Origin: an uncultured Actinomycetota bacterium
GTDB lineage: Bacteria; Actinomycetota; Actinomycetes; Propionibacteriales; Nocardioidaceae
Assembly (NCBI GenBank): GCA_963751975.1
Contig: CAVVWK010000001.1
Location: 241,152-305,151 of the forward strand
Length of the DNA: 64,000 bases
Direction of reading: 5' to 3'
Positions 32,524-43,898 of this stretch are shown here, in pieces; positions within the stretch are counted from its first letter, which is position 1; each line of letters opens with the position of its first letter. The notes below the pieces were generated by a model, which saw only the letters and a program-made list of their open reading frames with translations, was not told where the DNA came from and did not search any database. The position numbers and the translations under genes were made by a program.

Positions 32524-32885
32524 TCAGTCCCACTCCAGCCCGCCGCGGCGCCACACGTAGGCGTAGGCGACGAAGACGGTCAGCGATGAACAGCACCATC
32601 TCGACCAGGCCGAACATCCCCATCGCGTCGAAGTGCACGGCCCACGGGTAGAGGAAGATGATCTCGATGTCGAAGACGATGAACATCATCGCGGTGATGT
32701 AGTACTTCACCGGGAACTTGCCGCCGCCGAGCGGCTGCGGGGTCGGCTCGATGCCGCACTCGTAGGAGTCGAGCTTGGCGCGGTTGTAGCGCTTGGGGCC
32801 GGTGAGCAGCGCTCATCACGACCGAGAAGACCGCGAAGCCGCCGGCCAGCAGCACCAGCGCGAGAACGGGTGTGTAGAGCTCCAT
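32524..32885 (-). CDS. nuoA: NADH-quinone oxidoreductase subunit A (frameshifted)
   Basis: [41 protein letters not shown]. Confidence 0.93.
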
Positions 32886-32945
32886 CCCGTGTCCCTCCTG
32901 TCGATCGTGCGTCGTGCTGATCGTGCATGGTCGTGCGGTGCGGGG

Positions 32946-34254
32946 TCAGGCCGCGGGCGCCACCTTGCTCAGCGCGTTGATGATCCGGTCCGAGACGTCG
33001 CCGTCGCGCGGGTCGGTGAGGTTGGCCATCAGCTTGAGCATGAACCGCATCAGCGTCGTGCGGGGCAGGCCGTACTTGGTGGCCTGCTTCATGAACGTCG
33101 GGTTGCCGATCATCTTGGCGAAGACCCGGCCGAGCGTGAAGTAGCCGCCGTACGCCGCGTCGAGCGCCGCGGCGTAGCCCTCGAGCACCCGCTCGCGCGC
33201 CGGCACCCTCGGGCAGGGCCAGCGCCTGCACGACCGTCTCGGCGGCGATGTGGCCGGACTCGAGGGCGTAGTCGATGCCCTCGCCGTTGAACGGGTTGAC
33301 CATGCCGCCCGAGTCGCCGACGAGCAGCACGCCGCGGGTGTAGTGCGGCTTGCGGTTGAAGCCCATCGGCAGCGCGGCCGAGCCGATCCGGCCGACGCGG
33401 TTCTCGTCGCGGAAGCCCCACTCCTCGGGGGTGTTCGCCAGCCAGCGCCGGAGGACGTCCTTGTAGTCGACGTGCTGGAACGCCTTCGAGGTGTTGAGGA
33501 TGCCGAGGCCGACGTTGGCGGTGCCGTCGCCGACGCCGAAGATCCAGCCGTAGCCGGGCAGCAGGTTGCTCTGCCCGGGCGTGCCGTCCCAGAGCTCGAG
33601 CCAGGACTCCATCCACGGGTCGTCGTGGCGCGGGGTCTCGTAGTAGGCGCGGACGGCGACGCCCATCGGGCGGTTCTCGCGGCGCTCGAGGCCCAGCGCG
33701 ATGGCGAGCCGGGCGCGAGACGCCGTCGCCGGCGACCACGACCGGGGCGCGGAGTAGGTCGACCTCGTCGCCGACCCGGCGGCCGCGGTCGTCGACCGGC
33801 TTGGCGGTGACGCCGACGACCCGGCCGGTGCGCTCGTCGACGACCGGGCCGGTGACCGCGGTGCGCTCCATGCAGCCGGGCGCCGGCCTTCTGCGGCGTG
33901 CCGGGCGAGGATCTCGTCGAGGTCCATCCGGGTGCGGACCATGCCGTACGGCGGGAAGCGAGGCGAGCTCGGGCCACGGCAGCTCGAGCCGGTGGCCGGC
34001 GCCGACGATGCGCAGGCCCTTGTTCTTCTGCCAGCCCGGCTGCGTCGAGGTCGAAGCCCATCGCGACCAGCTGCTTGACCGCGCGCGGGGTGAGCCCGTC
34101 GCCGCAGATCTTGTCGCGGGGGAAGGACGCCTTCTCCAGCAGCAGCACGTCGACCCCGGCCTGGGCGAGGTGGTACGCCGTGGCGGCGCCGGCCGGGCCG
34201 GCGCCGACGACGATGACGTCGGCCTGCCGCTCGTCCGCGGTGCGTCCGGGTCAT
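32946..34254 (-). CDS. menJ: Geranylgeranyl reductase family, MenJ-like menaquinone reductase (frameshifted)
   Basis: VIVVGAGPAG, FPRDKICGDGLTPRAV, PGYGWIF, GDSGGMVNPFNGEGIDYA; lies between menG and nuoA. Confidence 0.8.
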
Positions 34255-34306
34255 CGTGGCACCTCGTCGTCCTGGATGCGGGGCACTCGCCGTGCCCCAT
34301 GTGACT

Positions 34307-34324
34307 TTGTGAATGCATTCACGA
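34307..34324. promoter_or_regulatory. Rex operator
   Basis: TTGTGAATGCATTCACGA vs consensus TTGTGAA-N4-TTCACAA, upstream of menJ-nuo. Confidence 0.8.
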
Positions 34325-34389
34325 ATGGCGATCGTCGGACAGTCTAGAGGCCGACATGCCATCTCGCGACCCGGCCCCGGCGAGGCCGC

Positions 34390-35093
34390 TCAGGCGGTCG
34401 GCGCGGTGCAGGGCGACGATGCCGCCGGAGAGGTTGCGCCACTCGGCGTCCGCGCCAGCCGGCCGCCGTCGATCCGGGCGGCCAGCCCGGCCTGGTCGGG
34501 CCAGGCCCGGATCGACTCGGCGAGGTAGACGTAGGCGTCGGGGTTCGAGGACGACCGCGCGGGCGACGGCGGGCAGCGCCTTCATGAGGTACTCGAGGTA
34601 GACGGTGCGGAACGGCGCCAGGTCGGGTGGCTGAACTCGCAGACCACCAGCCGGCCGCCGGGCCGGGTCACCCGGAGCATCTCGCGCAGCCCGGCGTCGG
34701 GGTCGACGATGTTGCGCAGCCCGAAGCGAGATCGTCACCGCGTCGAAGGTCGTCGTCGGCGAACGGCAGCCGGGTGCCGTCGCCGGCGACGAACGGCAGC
34801 GTGCGGCCGGGCCGCGCTTGCCGACCTGCGAGCATGCCCAGGCGAGAAGTCGCACGGCACCACGAGGGCGCCGCGCGTCGCGCGAACGGCTGGCTCGAGG
34901 TGCCGGTGCCGGCCGCGAGGTCGAGGACCCGCTCGCCCCGGCCGCGGCGTCCACCGCGTCGACGACCGCGGTGCCGCCAGCGCCGGTCCTGGCCCAGCGA
35001 CAGCACGTCGTTGGTCAGGTCGTAGCGCCGGGCCACGTCGTCGAACATCGCCGCGACGTCGGCGGGCTTCTTGTCCAGGTCGGCTCGGGTCAC
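34390..35093 (-). CDS. menG: Demethylmenaquinone methyltransferase (frameshifted; end approximate)
   Basis: [61 protein letters not shown]. Confidence 0.9.
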
Positions 35094-35170
35094 GCGGGCA
35101 ACTCTAGGCGACGGTCCGGGTGCGCGGCCTGTATCGGGCTGGCCCACCGTGACGCAGTGCCTCGCCCGTC

Positions 35171-36452
35171 GTGACGCACCAGACCCGGTCTCCGCCGCGA
35201 CGCGGCGGCCCGCTCGTCGTGCGCACGCGTCACGGTCGACGACCCGGGCGCCCTGCTGGACCTGCTGCCCGACTCGCGACGCGACCGCCTGGGTCCGCCG
35301 CGGCGAGGGCCTCGTCGGCTGGGGCGCCGCGGCCGTGCTCCGCACCGACGGCGCCGGACCGGTTCGCCGAGGCGCGCGCCTGGTGGCGCGAGCACCCGGC
35401 GAGCGCCGTGGTCCGCGACGAGGTCGGCTGCCCGGGCACCGGCCTGGTGTGCTTCGGCTCCTTCGCGTTCGCCGACGAGCCCGGCGACAGCGTGCTGGTC
35501 GTCCCCGAGGTCGTCGTCGGCCGGCGCGGACGGCGCCGCCTGGGTGACCACGACGAGCGCCGCCGCGATCAGCGCGCCCCCGGCGATCGGCCCCGCCGAC
35601 GACCCGGCGCCGCCGAGCGACGTGACGCTTCACCGACGGCGCGCTGAGCGGCGCCGCCTGGGAGACGGTCGTCGCCGAGGCGGTCCGCCGGATCAACGCC
35701 GGCGACCTGGAGAAGGTCGTGCTGGCCCGCGACCTGGTCGCCACGCGCCGGCGAGGACGTCGACGTGCGCTGGCCGCTGCGCCGGCTGGCGGAGAGCTAC
35801 CCGATGTGCTGGACCTTCCACGTCGACGGGCTGTTCGGCGCGACGCCGGAGATGCTGGTCCGCCGCGAGCGCGGCCTGGTCACCTCGCGGGTGCTCGCCG
35901 GCACGATCCGCCGCACCGGCGACGACGAGCGCGACCTCGCCGCTGGCCGCGACGCTGGCCCGGTCGTCGAAGGACCTCGAGGAGCACGAGTACGCCGTCC
36001 GCTCGGTGGCCGAGGCGCTCGCGCCGCACTGCACGTCGATGAACGTCCCCGAGGCGCCGTTCGTGCTGCACCTGCCCAACGTCATGCACCTCGCCACCGA
36101 CGTCGCCGGCGTGACCCACGAGACCGACGACCGACGCGCGCTCGTCGCTGGGGCTGGCCGCGGCGCTGCACCCGTCCGCCGCCGTCGGCGGCACCCCCAC
36201 CGACCGGCGCTCGCGCCCTGATCACCGAGATCGAGGGCGATGGACCGGGGCCGCTACGCCGGACCGGTCGGCTGGATGGACGCCTCCGGCGACGGCGAGT
36301 GGGGGATCGCGCTGCGCTCGGCCGAGCTCGACGGCCCGCGGGTGCGGCTGTTCGCCGGCTGCGGCATCGTCGCCGACTCCGACCCGGAGGCCGAGCTGGC
36401 CGAGGCCCAGGCGAAGTTCGTGCCGGTGCGCGACGCGCTGGCCGGCCGCTGA
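35171..36452 (+). CDS. menF: Isochorismate synthase (frameshifted)
   Basis: [65 protein letters not shown]. Confidence 0.85.
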
Positions 36453-36476
36453 CCCGAGTGCCTCCGGAGGAGGGGA

Positions 36477-36586
36477 TCGGGCCACTGACCCTCCCCCGCA
36501 GGGCCAGGACCCGAACGACCCACGAGCGGACCCTCAGGTCCCCCGCCGCCCCCGACAGGGTTCGTGGGTTGCACACCCCCGTGTGC
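36477..36586. ncRNA. Candidate structured sRNA with three C-rich-loop hairpins (6C-like)
   Basis: Hairpins at 36477-36514, 36517-36570 and 36571-36586, with C-rich loops (CCCCCGC, CCCCGCCGCCCCC, CCCC). Confidence 0.45.
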
Positions 36587-36693
36587 GTGCCCGCTCATCC
36601 TCGCGGCCTGTTCAGGAGGTTGTCTGTAGCGAAAGCCGGCCATGAGGTCTCGGCCGTTCGGATGTCCGGATCGTCCGAACGGACAACCCCGCC

Positions 36694-37620
36694 CTAATCG
36701 TGCGGCTCGGCGACCCACCGCATGGGGTCGCCCCAGCCGAGGTCGGTGATGCCCGCCGCATCCAGCGCCAGCGCGACGAGCGTGCGTCGATGGGCGGCGA
36801 ACGTGAGCACGTGCGCGATCATCCCGCCGTACGTGAACACCTCGGCCTGCGCACACGTCGCGTCGACGAAGGTGTCGTCGAGCCGGCCGTCCTCACACAC
36901 CTCGCGGACGTGGCCGAGGTACGTCGGGCCCTCCACCGCGAGCCGCTCGCGCATGGAGGCGACGGACTCGTGGTCCTCGAGGGACCAGTCGTAGGCACGG
37001 TCGTCCATCGCGGCGTTCCACATGCCCATCTGCCCGACCAGCCGGGACAGCAGCGACCGGATGGTCTGCACGTCCTCGTCGACGTCGAGACCGATGGGGG
37101 CGTCGAGCTGCTCGTCGGTGAGCCGGGCCGCGCAGCCGATCATCTCCCCGGTCAGCCACACGTGGTGCTCGACCATGTTGGTGAGGAGGTCCATCGAGGT
37201 CACCTTCTTCTGGGCCGGGAGCCGGAGGCTGCCGGGCGGGTGGAAGTGCACGTCGCTGGGCGACGCGAGCCGGATCTGCGTCGGCCGGCCGCGCCAGCGT
37301 TGCGGGCCGACGCCGTAGGCCTTGGTGAACGCCCGCGTGAACGCCTCGTGCGACCCGTAGCCCGCCTCCACCGCCACGTCGAGGATCGTCATTCGCGAGG
37401 TCAGCAGGCGGTACGCCGCGCGCTCGAGCAGGATCCGGCGGCGGAACCGGGCCGGCGGCTCGCCCGCCACGGAGGAGACGATCCGGTCGAGGTGGAACCG
37501 GGAGACGTACAGCCGGCGGGCCATCGCATCACCGTTGGCCTCCGCCGGCGACCGGCCCTCCTCGAGGAGGCCGGCCAGCGCGTCCACGAAGCTGGTGAAG
37601 TGGTCGACCGCCGTGCTCAT
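36694..37620 (-). CDS. AraC-type HTH regulator fused to a DinB-like C-terminal domain
   Basis: SRFHLDR...GEPPARFRRRILLERAAYRL...ILDVAVEAGYGSHEAFTRAF; C-terminal TIRSLLSRLVG...MIAHVLTFAAHRR. Confidence 0.8.
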   Translation of the reverse strand: MSTAVDHFTSFVDALAGLLEEGRSPAEANGDAMARRLYVSRFHLDRIVSSVAGEPPARFRRRILLERAAYRLLTSRMTILDVAVEAGYGSHEAFTRAFTKAYGVGPQRWRGRPTQIRLASPSDVHFHPPGSLRLPAQKKVTSMDLLTNMVEHHVWLTGEMIGCAARLTDEQLDAPIGLDVDEDVQTIRSLLSRLVGQMGMWNAAMDDRAYDWSLEDHESVASMRERLAVEGPTYLGHVREVCEDGRLDDTFVDATCAQAEVFTYGGMIAHVLTFAAHRRTLVALALDAAGITDLGWGDPMRWVAEPHD

Positions 37621-37839
37621 GACCCCCATCCCATCGGCCGGGTGGCTCCCGCGCTTGATCGTCCTTGCGGTGCGCGGCACCGGGTGCCCCCACCATGCCA
37701 TCACGTCCGCGCGCACGGGCCATCGTGATCTGGCCGAACCGCTGACGTGGCCGGCGGCCCGGTGCCCGACCCTCGGTGACAGGATCACCCCAGGCCCCGG
37801 TGCCCGGCAGGAACCCCCGCCTGCCGGGCCCGGTCGGTC

Positions 37840-39513
37840 TCAGCCGCTCCGCGCGCCGAGCGCGCGGATCGCGGCGTCGAGCTCCCGACGGTCGCCACGA
37901 GGCACCACCGCCTCGACCACCTCGATGCCGCCGGCGGGGTTGGCCAGGGCGTGCTCGCAGCTCGGGCAGGTTGTCGACCCGCCAGTGCGGGGTGCGGGTC
38001 GCCGCGCACAGCGCCGCGAGGTCGACGTGGTGGGGGGTGCCGAAGAGCCGCTCGAACGAGTCGGCGTACGCCGGCACCGCCCTGCTCGAGCGACGCGAAG
38101 ATCGACCCGCCGTCGTCGTTGGCCACCACGATCGTGAGGTCGGGGCGCGGCTCGTCGGGTCCGATCACCAGGCCGTTGCTGTCGTGCAGGAAGGTGACGT
38201 CGCCGAGCAGCGCGAATGCCCGCGTGGTCGAGGGCCTCCCGAGAGCCGCTCCGACCGCCGTGGAGACCGACCCGTCGATGCCGGCCAGGCCCCGGTTGCC
38301 GATCACCAGCCGCCGGTCGCCGACCCGGTACCGCGGCACCATCAGGTCGAGGTCGCGCACCGGGTTCGAGGCGCCGACGAAGAGCAGCCCGCGCGGCGGG
38401 AGGGCGCGGGCGACCGCACCGGCCACCTGCTGCGGGGTCAGCCCACCCTGCTCCGCCGAGCAGCGCGTCGAGGGCCCGCCCGCGCTGCTCGTCGGCGGCG
38501 CGCCACTCGTCGAGCCAGCCGTCGTCCTGCGCCGCGTCCACCTCGCACGGGGCCGTCGAAGACCCGGGAGACGCGCCGGCCCGGGTCGGTGTAGCCGGTG
38601 GCGTTGCGCAGCGCGACGATCTCGATGTCCGGGTCGGAGATCAGCCGCATGACCGGGCGCGACAGCGTCGGGTGGCCGCACACGACGACCCGCTCGATGC
38701 GGGCGCGCAGGCTGCCGGGCCGTCGTCGCCGAGCAGCAGCCGGTAGGTGCGGATCGCGTTGGCGCCGGTGCGGGACCCGCTGGTCGGCTCGGCCAGCAGC
38801 GGCCAGCCGCCCTGCTCGGCCAGGACGCGCGCGGGCGGCCCGGCGTCGTCGCCCGCCACGACCACGGTGCGCGGGCCCTGGGACAGCGTCTGGGGCGCGG
38901 GCCGGGTCTGCTCGACAACGGGCTCGGACGGCGCGTCCGTCGGCGTGCTCCAGCCGTCGGGCTCGCCCGGCACCAGCGGCTCGGACAGCTGCAGGTTGAG
39001 CTGCACCGGACCGCCGGCGGCGAGCGCCCTGCCGACGAGCCGCCGCCAGCCGGCCACCTGGTCGCGCTGGTCGCCGGCCGGGTCTCCCGGGGGTACGTCG
39101 GCGTCCAGCCGGGTCGCCGTACCGAAGATGCGGACCTGGTCGGTCGTCTGGTTGGCCTGCGTGCCGCGCAGGCGCGCGGGGCGGTCCGCGGTCAGCAGCA
39201 CCAGGGGGATGCCGCGGTGCGAGGCCTCCAGGACGGCCGGGTGGAGGTTCGCGACCGCGGTGCCGGACGTGGTGACGACCGGGACGGGCGTGCGGCTGGA
39301 GACCGCGAGCCCGAGCGCGAGGAACCCGGCCGTCCGCTCGTCGATGCGCGTGTGCAGGGTGAGCCGCCCGTCCCGGGCTGCTGCGTGCAGGGCGAACGCC
39401 AGCGGCGCCGAACGGGAGCCCGGGGCCAGCACCGCGTGTCTTGCTCCGCCGCCGATGAGGGCGTCGACGACCGTCGTCGCCAGGGCTGAGGAGGCGTTGG
39501 CGGGGGCGGTCAC
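37840..39513 (-). CDS. menD: SEPHCHC synthase (frameshifted)
   Basis: [57 protein letters not shown]. Confidence 0.92.
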
Positions 39514-40499
39514 AGGGCCCGATCCTGCCGCATGCCCGCAAGCGCGGCCTCGACCTCCGAGAGCCGGTCGAGCCAGTGCCGGCGACGCTCCGGTGCGGCG
39601 CGCAGCCGGTCGAGTGCGGCCGGGTCGACCTCGGGGCGTACGACGGGCAGGGCGCCGTCGACCGGAAGCAGGGGACGTGCCACCACGTCGTCGGTGAGCA
39701 GCTGGACCGTTGCCAGGCCGCACGCGTAGGGCAGCTCCGGCAGCGCGGCAGCGAGCGCGACTCCAGCGGCGATGCCGACCGAGCTCTCGAGGGCACTGGA
39801 CACGACGACCGGGAGGCCGATGTCCTCGGCGATCCGCAGGCAGGCGCGCACCCCGCCGAGCGGCTGGACCTTGAGCACCGCGACGTCGGCCGCCTCCAGG
39901 TCGCGCACCCGGTAGGGGTCCTCGGCCCGGCGGATCGACTCGTCGGCCGCGATCGGCACGTCGACGCGGCGGCGGACCGCGGCCATGTCCTCGACCGAGG
40001 CGACCGGCTGCTCGACGTACTCCAGCCCGCCGGCCGCCCGGTCCAGCGCCGCGATCGCGGCGACCGCCTCGTCGACCGTCCAGAGCCCGTTGGCGTCGAC
40101 CCGGATCCGGCCCGCGGGTCCGAGCGCGTCGCGCACGCGCCTCGAGCCGGGCCTGCGTCCTCGGCCAGCGTCTGCCCCGGCTCGGCGACCTTGACCTTGG
40201 CGGTGCCGCACCCGTTGGACGCGCGCACGATCTCGGCGGCGCGCTCGGGCCCGACCGCGGGCACGGTGACGTTCACCGGGCACCGTGTCGCGCAGCGGCG
40301 CCGGCCAGCCCTCGTCGGCGGCCTCGCGGGCCGCGCGCAGCCAGGGGGCGGCGACCGTCGCGTCGTACTCCAGGAACGGGCTGAACTCGCCCCACCCGTG
40401 CTCGCCGCGCAGCAGCAGCCCCTCGCGGACGGTGATGCCGCGGAACCGGGTGCGCATCGGCACCGACCAGACCGCGACGTCGTCGTCCGGCACGCTCAC
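39510..40499 (-). CDS. menC: o-succinylbenzoate synthase (frameshifted)
   Basis: RFRGITVREG, GEFSPFLEY, KVKVA, RVDANG, EQP, ADES, KVQPLGG, VSSALE. Confidence 0.9.
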   Translation of the reverse strand: MSVPDDDVAVWSVPMRTRFRGITVREGLLLRGEHGWGEFSPFLEYDATVAAPWLRAAREAADEGWPAPLRDTVPGERHRARGRARARRRDRARVQRVRHRQGQGRRAGADAGRGRRPGSRRVRDALGPAGRIRVDANGLWTVDEAVAAIAALDRAAGGLEYVEQPVASVEDMAAVRRRVDVPIAADESIRRAEDPYRVRDLEAADVAVLKVQPLGGVRACLRIAEDIGLPVVVSSALESSVGIAAGVALAAALPELPYACGLATVQLLTDDVVARPLLPVDGALPVVRPEVDPAALDRLRAAPERRRHWLDRLSEVEAALAGMRQDRAL

Positions 40500-41523
40500 C
40501 GGGCCCACTCCCGCAGCCGCGACCCGGTCGACCTTGCCGTTGGGGAGCAGCGGGATCTCGGGAACGCCCACGACCTCGCGCGGCGCCCAGGCGCGCGGGT
40601 GCACCGCCGCCACCCAGTCGCGGGCGGCGTCCAGGGAGAGGTCGCCGACGACGAACGCGACGACCCGCTGGCCCCACTCGTCGTCGTCGACACCGACCAC
40701 CTCGGCGGCCGACACCGTCGCGTGCGCGCGCAGCCGCTCGGCCACGGCCGGCCCCGGCACGTTGACGCCGCCGGAGAGCACCACGTCGTCGACCCGGCCG
40801 AGCACCTGCAGCCGTCCGTCGTCGTCGAGGCGGCCGACGTCCTGCGTGACGAACCAGCCGTCCCGCAGCACCTCGCCGGTGAGGTCCGGGCGTGCGTCGT
40901 ACCCGTCGAAGAGCACCGGCCCGCCGATCCGGATCCTCCCCGCGGAGCCGGTCGCCACCGCGACGCCGTCGAGCGGTACGCCGTCGTACACGCAGCCGCC
41001 GCAGGTCTCGCTCATCCCGTACGTCGCCACGACCGGCACGCCCGCGGTCGCCGCCCGCTCGCGCAGCGGGGCTGGCACGGAGGCGCCGCCGACCAGCACG
41101 GTCGTGAACGTGCGCAGCGCCTCGGCCGACCGCGGGTCGTCGAGCAGGCGGTGCAGCTGGGTCGGCACCAGGGAGACGTAACGACGCTCGCCGACCATCC
41201 TCCCCGCGGCGGCCGCGAGCGAGTCGCCCTCCTGCTGCACGACGGGCGCGGTGCCGGCGAGCACCGACCGGAACAGCACCTGCAGCCCGGCGACGTACGT
41301 GGCGGGGAGGTTGAGCAGCCACTGACCGGGACCACCGAGCCGGTCGGCAGTGGCGATCGCCGAGGCGCGCAGCGCGGCGCGGGACAGCAGCACCCGCTTG
41401 GGCTCCCCGGTGGACCCCGACGTCGCGACCACGAGCGGCGCCGGGGTGTCCGCCTCGTTCCAGTCGCGCAGCAGCGCCGAGCACCTCGGCGGGGCTCCCG
41501 GTGACCGGACGAAGGCTGCTCAC
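40496..41523 (-). CDS. menE: o-succinylbenzoate-CoA ligase (frameshifted)
   Basis: TSGSTGEPK, SLVPTQL, TYGMSETCGG, GRVDD...SGG, NGKVDR. Confidence 0.85.
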
Positions 41524-41550
41524 GGGGAGAACCCTGCAGGATGCCTGCCC

Positions 41551-42423
41551 ATGGCTACCCCCGAGCAGTGGCTGGCCGGCGCGCGCCCGCGCACCCTGCC
41601 CGCGGCCGTCTCGCCCGTCCTGGCCGGCACCGGCGTCGCGGCGTACCTCGACGGGAGCGTGTGGTGGAAGGCGCTGCTCGCCCTGCTCGTCGCCGTCGCG
41701 CTGCAGGTGGGGGTCAACTACGCCAACGACTACTCCGACGGGATCCGCGGCACGGACGCCGACCGGGTCGGCCCGATGCGGCTGGTGGGGTCGGGCGCCG
41801 CACCGGCCGCGGACGTGAAGCGGGCCGCGTTCGCGTGCTTCGCGATCGCCTGCCTGGCCGGGCTGGCCCTCGCGGTCACCACGAGCTGGTGGCTGGTCGC
41901 GATCGGCGCGGTGTGCGTCGCGGCGGCGTGGTTCTACACCGGCGGCTCCAGGCCCTACGGGTACCGCGGCCTCGGCGAGGTCATGGTGTTCGTGTTCTTC
42001 GGGCTGGTCGCGGTCGTCGGTACGACGTACGTGCAGACCGGCACGCTGCCGCTGCCGTCCTGGTACGCCGGAGCCGGCGTCGGCGCCCTGGCCTGCGCGA
42101 TCCTGGTCGCCAACAACCTGCGCGACGCCCCGACCGACCGGGACGCCGGGAAGCGCACGCTGGCGGTGGTGATGGGCGAAGAGCAGACCCGCTACTTCTT
42201 CGCGTTCCTGGTCGCGTTCGCCGGGATCGCGCTGGTCGGGGTGGTGCTGGAGACCAGTCGCTGGGTGCTCGTCGCGTTCGCGTTCGTCATCCCGGTCACG
42301 CCCGCGGTGCGTCGGGTGCTCCAGGGCGCCCGCGGGCCGGCGCTGGTCCCGGTGCTGCAGGACGTCGGCGTCTCGGTGCTGGTCTACGCGACCGGCATCT
42401 TCCTGGCGCTCGTCACGGCCTGA
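41551..42423 (+). CDS. menA: 1,4-dihydroxy-2-naphthoate polyprenyltransferase
   Basis: [36 protein letters not shown]. Confidence 0.93.
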   Translation: MATPEQWLAGARPRTLPAAVSPVLAGTGVAAYLDGSVWWKALLALLVAVALQVGVNYANDYSDGIRGTDADRVGPMRLVGSGAAPAADVKRAAFACFAIACLAGLALAVTTSWWLVAIGAVCVAAAWFYTGGSRPYGYRGLGEVMVFVFFGLVAVVGTTYVQTGTLPLPSWYAGAGVGALACAILVANNLRDAPTDRDAGKRTLAVVMGEEQTRYFFAFLVAFAGIALVGVVLETSRWVLVAFAFVIPVTPAVRRVLQGARGPALVPVLQDVGVSVLVYATGIFLALVTA

Positions 42424-43550
42424 CCGGCTCGACCCACTCGCCGGTGTCGGCGAACTTGTCCAGCGTCGAGCGGTACGGCGCGATGTCGATGCCCTGCGCG
42501 GCCAGCCACCCGTCGTCGTAGTAGGTGTGCGCGTAGCGCTCGCCGCCGTCGCAGAGCAGCGTCACGACGCTGCCCGGCCGCCCCTCCTGGCACATGCTGG
42601 CGATGGTCCGCAGCGCGCCCCACAGGGCCGTGCCCGTCGAGCCGCCGACCATCCGGCCGGTCAGCTCCGAGCACCAGCGCGCCGCAGCGATCGAGGCGGC
42701 GTCGGGGACGCAGATCATCGCGTCGACCACCGCCGGCATGAACGACGGCTCGACGCGGGGGCGTCCGATGCCCTCGATCCGCGAGCCCGGTGCGGGTCGT
42801 GACCGTGCCGTCGCCGGTCGTCCAGCCCGGGAAGAACGCGGAGTTCTCCGGGTCGACCACGCAGACCCGGGTGTCGTAGCGCTGGTAGCGCACGAACCGG
42901 CCGATCGTCGCCGACGTGCCGCCGGTGCCGGCCCCGACCACGACCCAGGCCGGGACCGGGTGCCGCTCCTGGGACAGCTGCTCGAAGATCGACTCGGCGA
43001 TGTTGTTGTTGCCGCGCCAGTCGGTGGCCCGCTCGGCGTAGGTGAACTGGTCGAGGTAGTGCCCGCCGGACTCGTCGGCGAGCCGGCGCGCCTCGTCGTA
43101 CATGCCCGCCGGGTCGTCCACGAGGTGGCAGCGGCCGCCGTAGAACTCGATCAGCGCGACCTTCTCCGGCGAGGTGGACGCGGGCATGACCGCGACGAAC
43201 GGCAGCCCGAGCAGCCGGGCGAAGTACGCCTCGGAGACGGCCGTGGAGCCGGACGAGGCCTCGGTGAGCGTGGTGCCCTCGCGGATCCAGCCGTTGCACA
43301 GCCCGTAGAGGAACAGCGACCGGGCCAGCCGGTGCTTCAGCGACCCGGTGGGGTGGACCGACTCGTCCTTGAGGTACAGGTCGACGTCCTTGCTGCGCAG
43401 CGCCGCGGGGAGCGGGAAGACGTGCAGGTGGGTGTCGGCCGAGCGGTTCGCGTCGGCCTCCACCTTGCGGATCGCGTCGTGGACCCAGGCCCGGTCGGCG
43501 CCGTCGCGCTCCGCGGTCCGGCAGCAGCCGTCGTCGTGCGGCTCGAGCAC
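42413..43550 (-). CDS. PLP-dependent cysteine synthase family protein, Cds1-like (frameshift near 42790)
   Basis: [57 protein letters not shown]. Confidence 0.85.
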
Positions 43551-43816
43551 TAGGGCTGGTCCTCCTTGGCCCGGCTCTCCTCGAAGCGCCGGGTGGCGGC
43601 CTCGGCGCGCCGCTGGATCACCGCGGCGAAGCGCTCCCGCTGGCCGCGGAGCAGGTAGTAGGAGGAGACGGCCGACACCACGGCGGCGAGCAGGAGCGGC
43701 CAGAGCAGCGGCAGGCGGTCGTCGCCGGTGATCAGCAGGTACACCCCGGCGATCACGGCGTACGACGCGACGAACAGCCCGATCCGGGCCAGGGTGTAGA
43801 CGACGAACTCCTTCAC
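43550..43816 (-). CDS. Small membrane protein (DUF4229-like)
   Basis: YTLARIGLF, two TM segments, SYYLLR..RE; conserved position beside the ccs/men genes. Confidence 0.65.
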   Translation of the reverse strand: MKEFVVYTLARIGLFVASYAVIAGVYLLITGDDRLPLLWPLLLAAVVSAVSSYYLLRGQRERFAAVIQRRAEAATRRFEESRAKEDQP

Positions 43817-43898
43817 GGCTCCCAGCCTACGGGCCGGCGGTCCGGACGATGTCGGCAGGAACATGTCGCAAGTTGACCGATGCTCCTACATTGGGAGC

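Noticed and set aside
39510-41432. MenE-MenC fusion ORF
   Set aside because: An alternative frame ends RLREWAR* overlapping the menC GTG at 40496-40499, and the ORF wanders through further frameshifts. Likely artefact.
34390-42423. Absence of menB/menH as a sign of a novel menaquinone pathway
   Set aside because: These genes are often located elsewhere, and one window cannot show absence.
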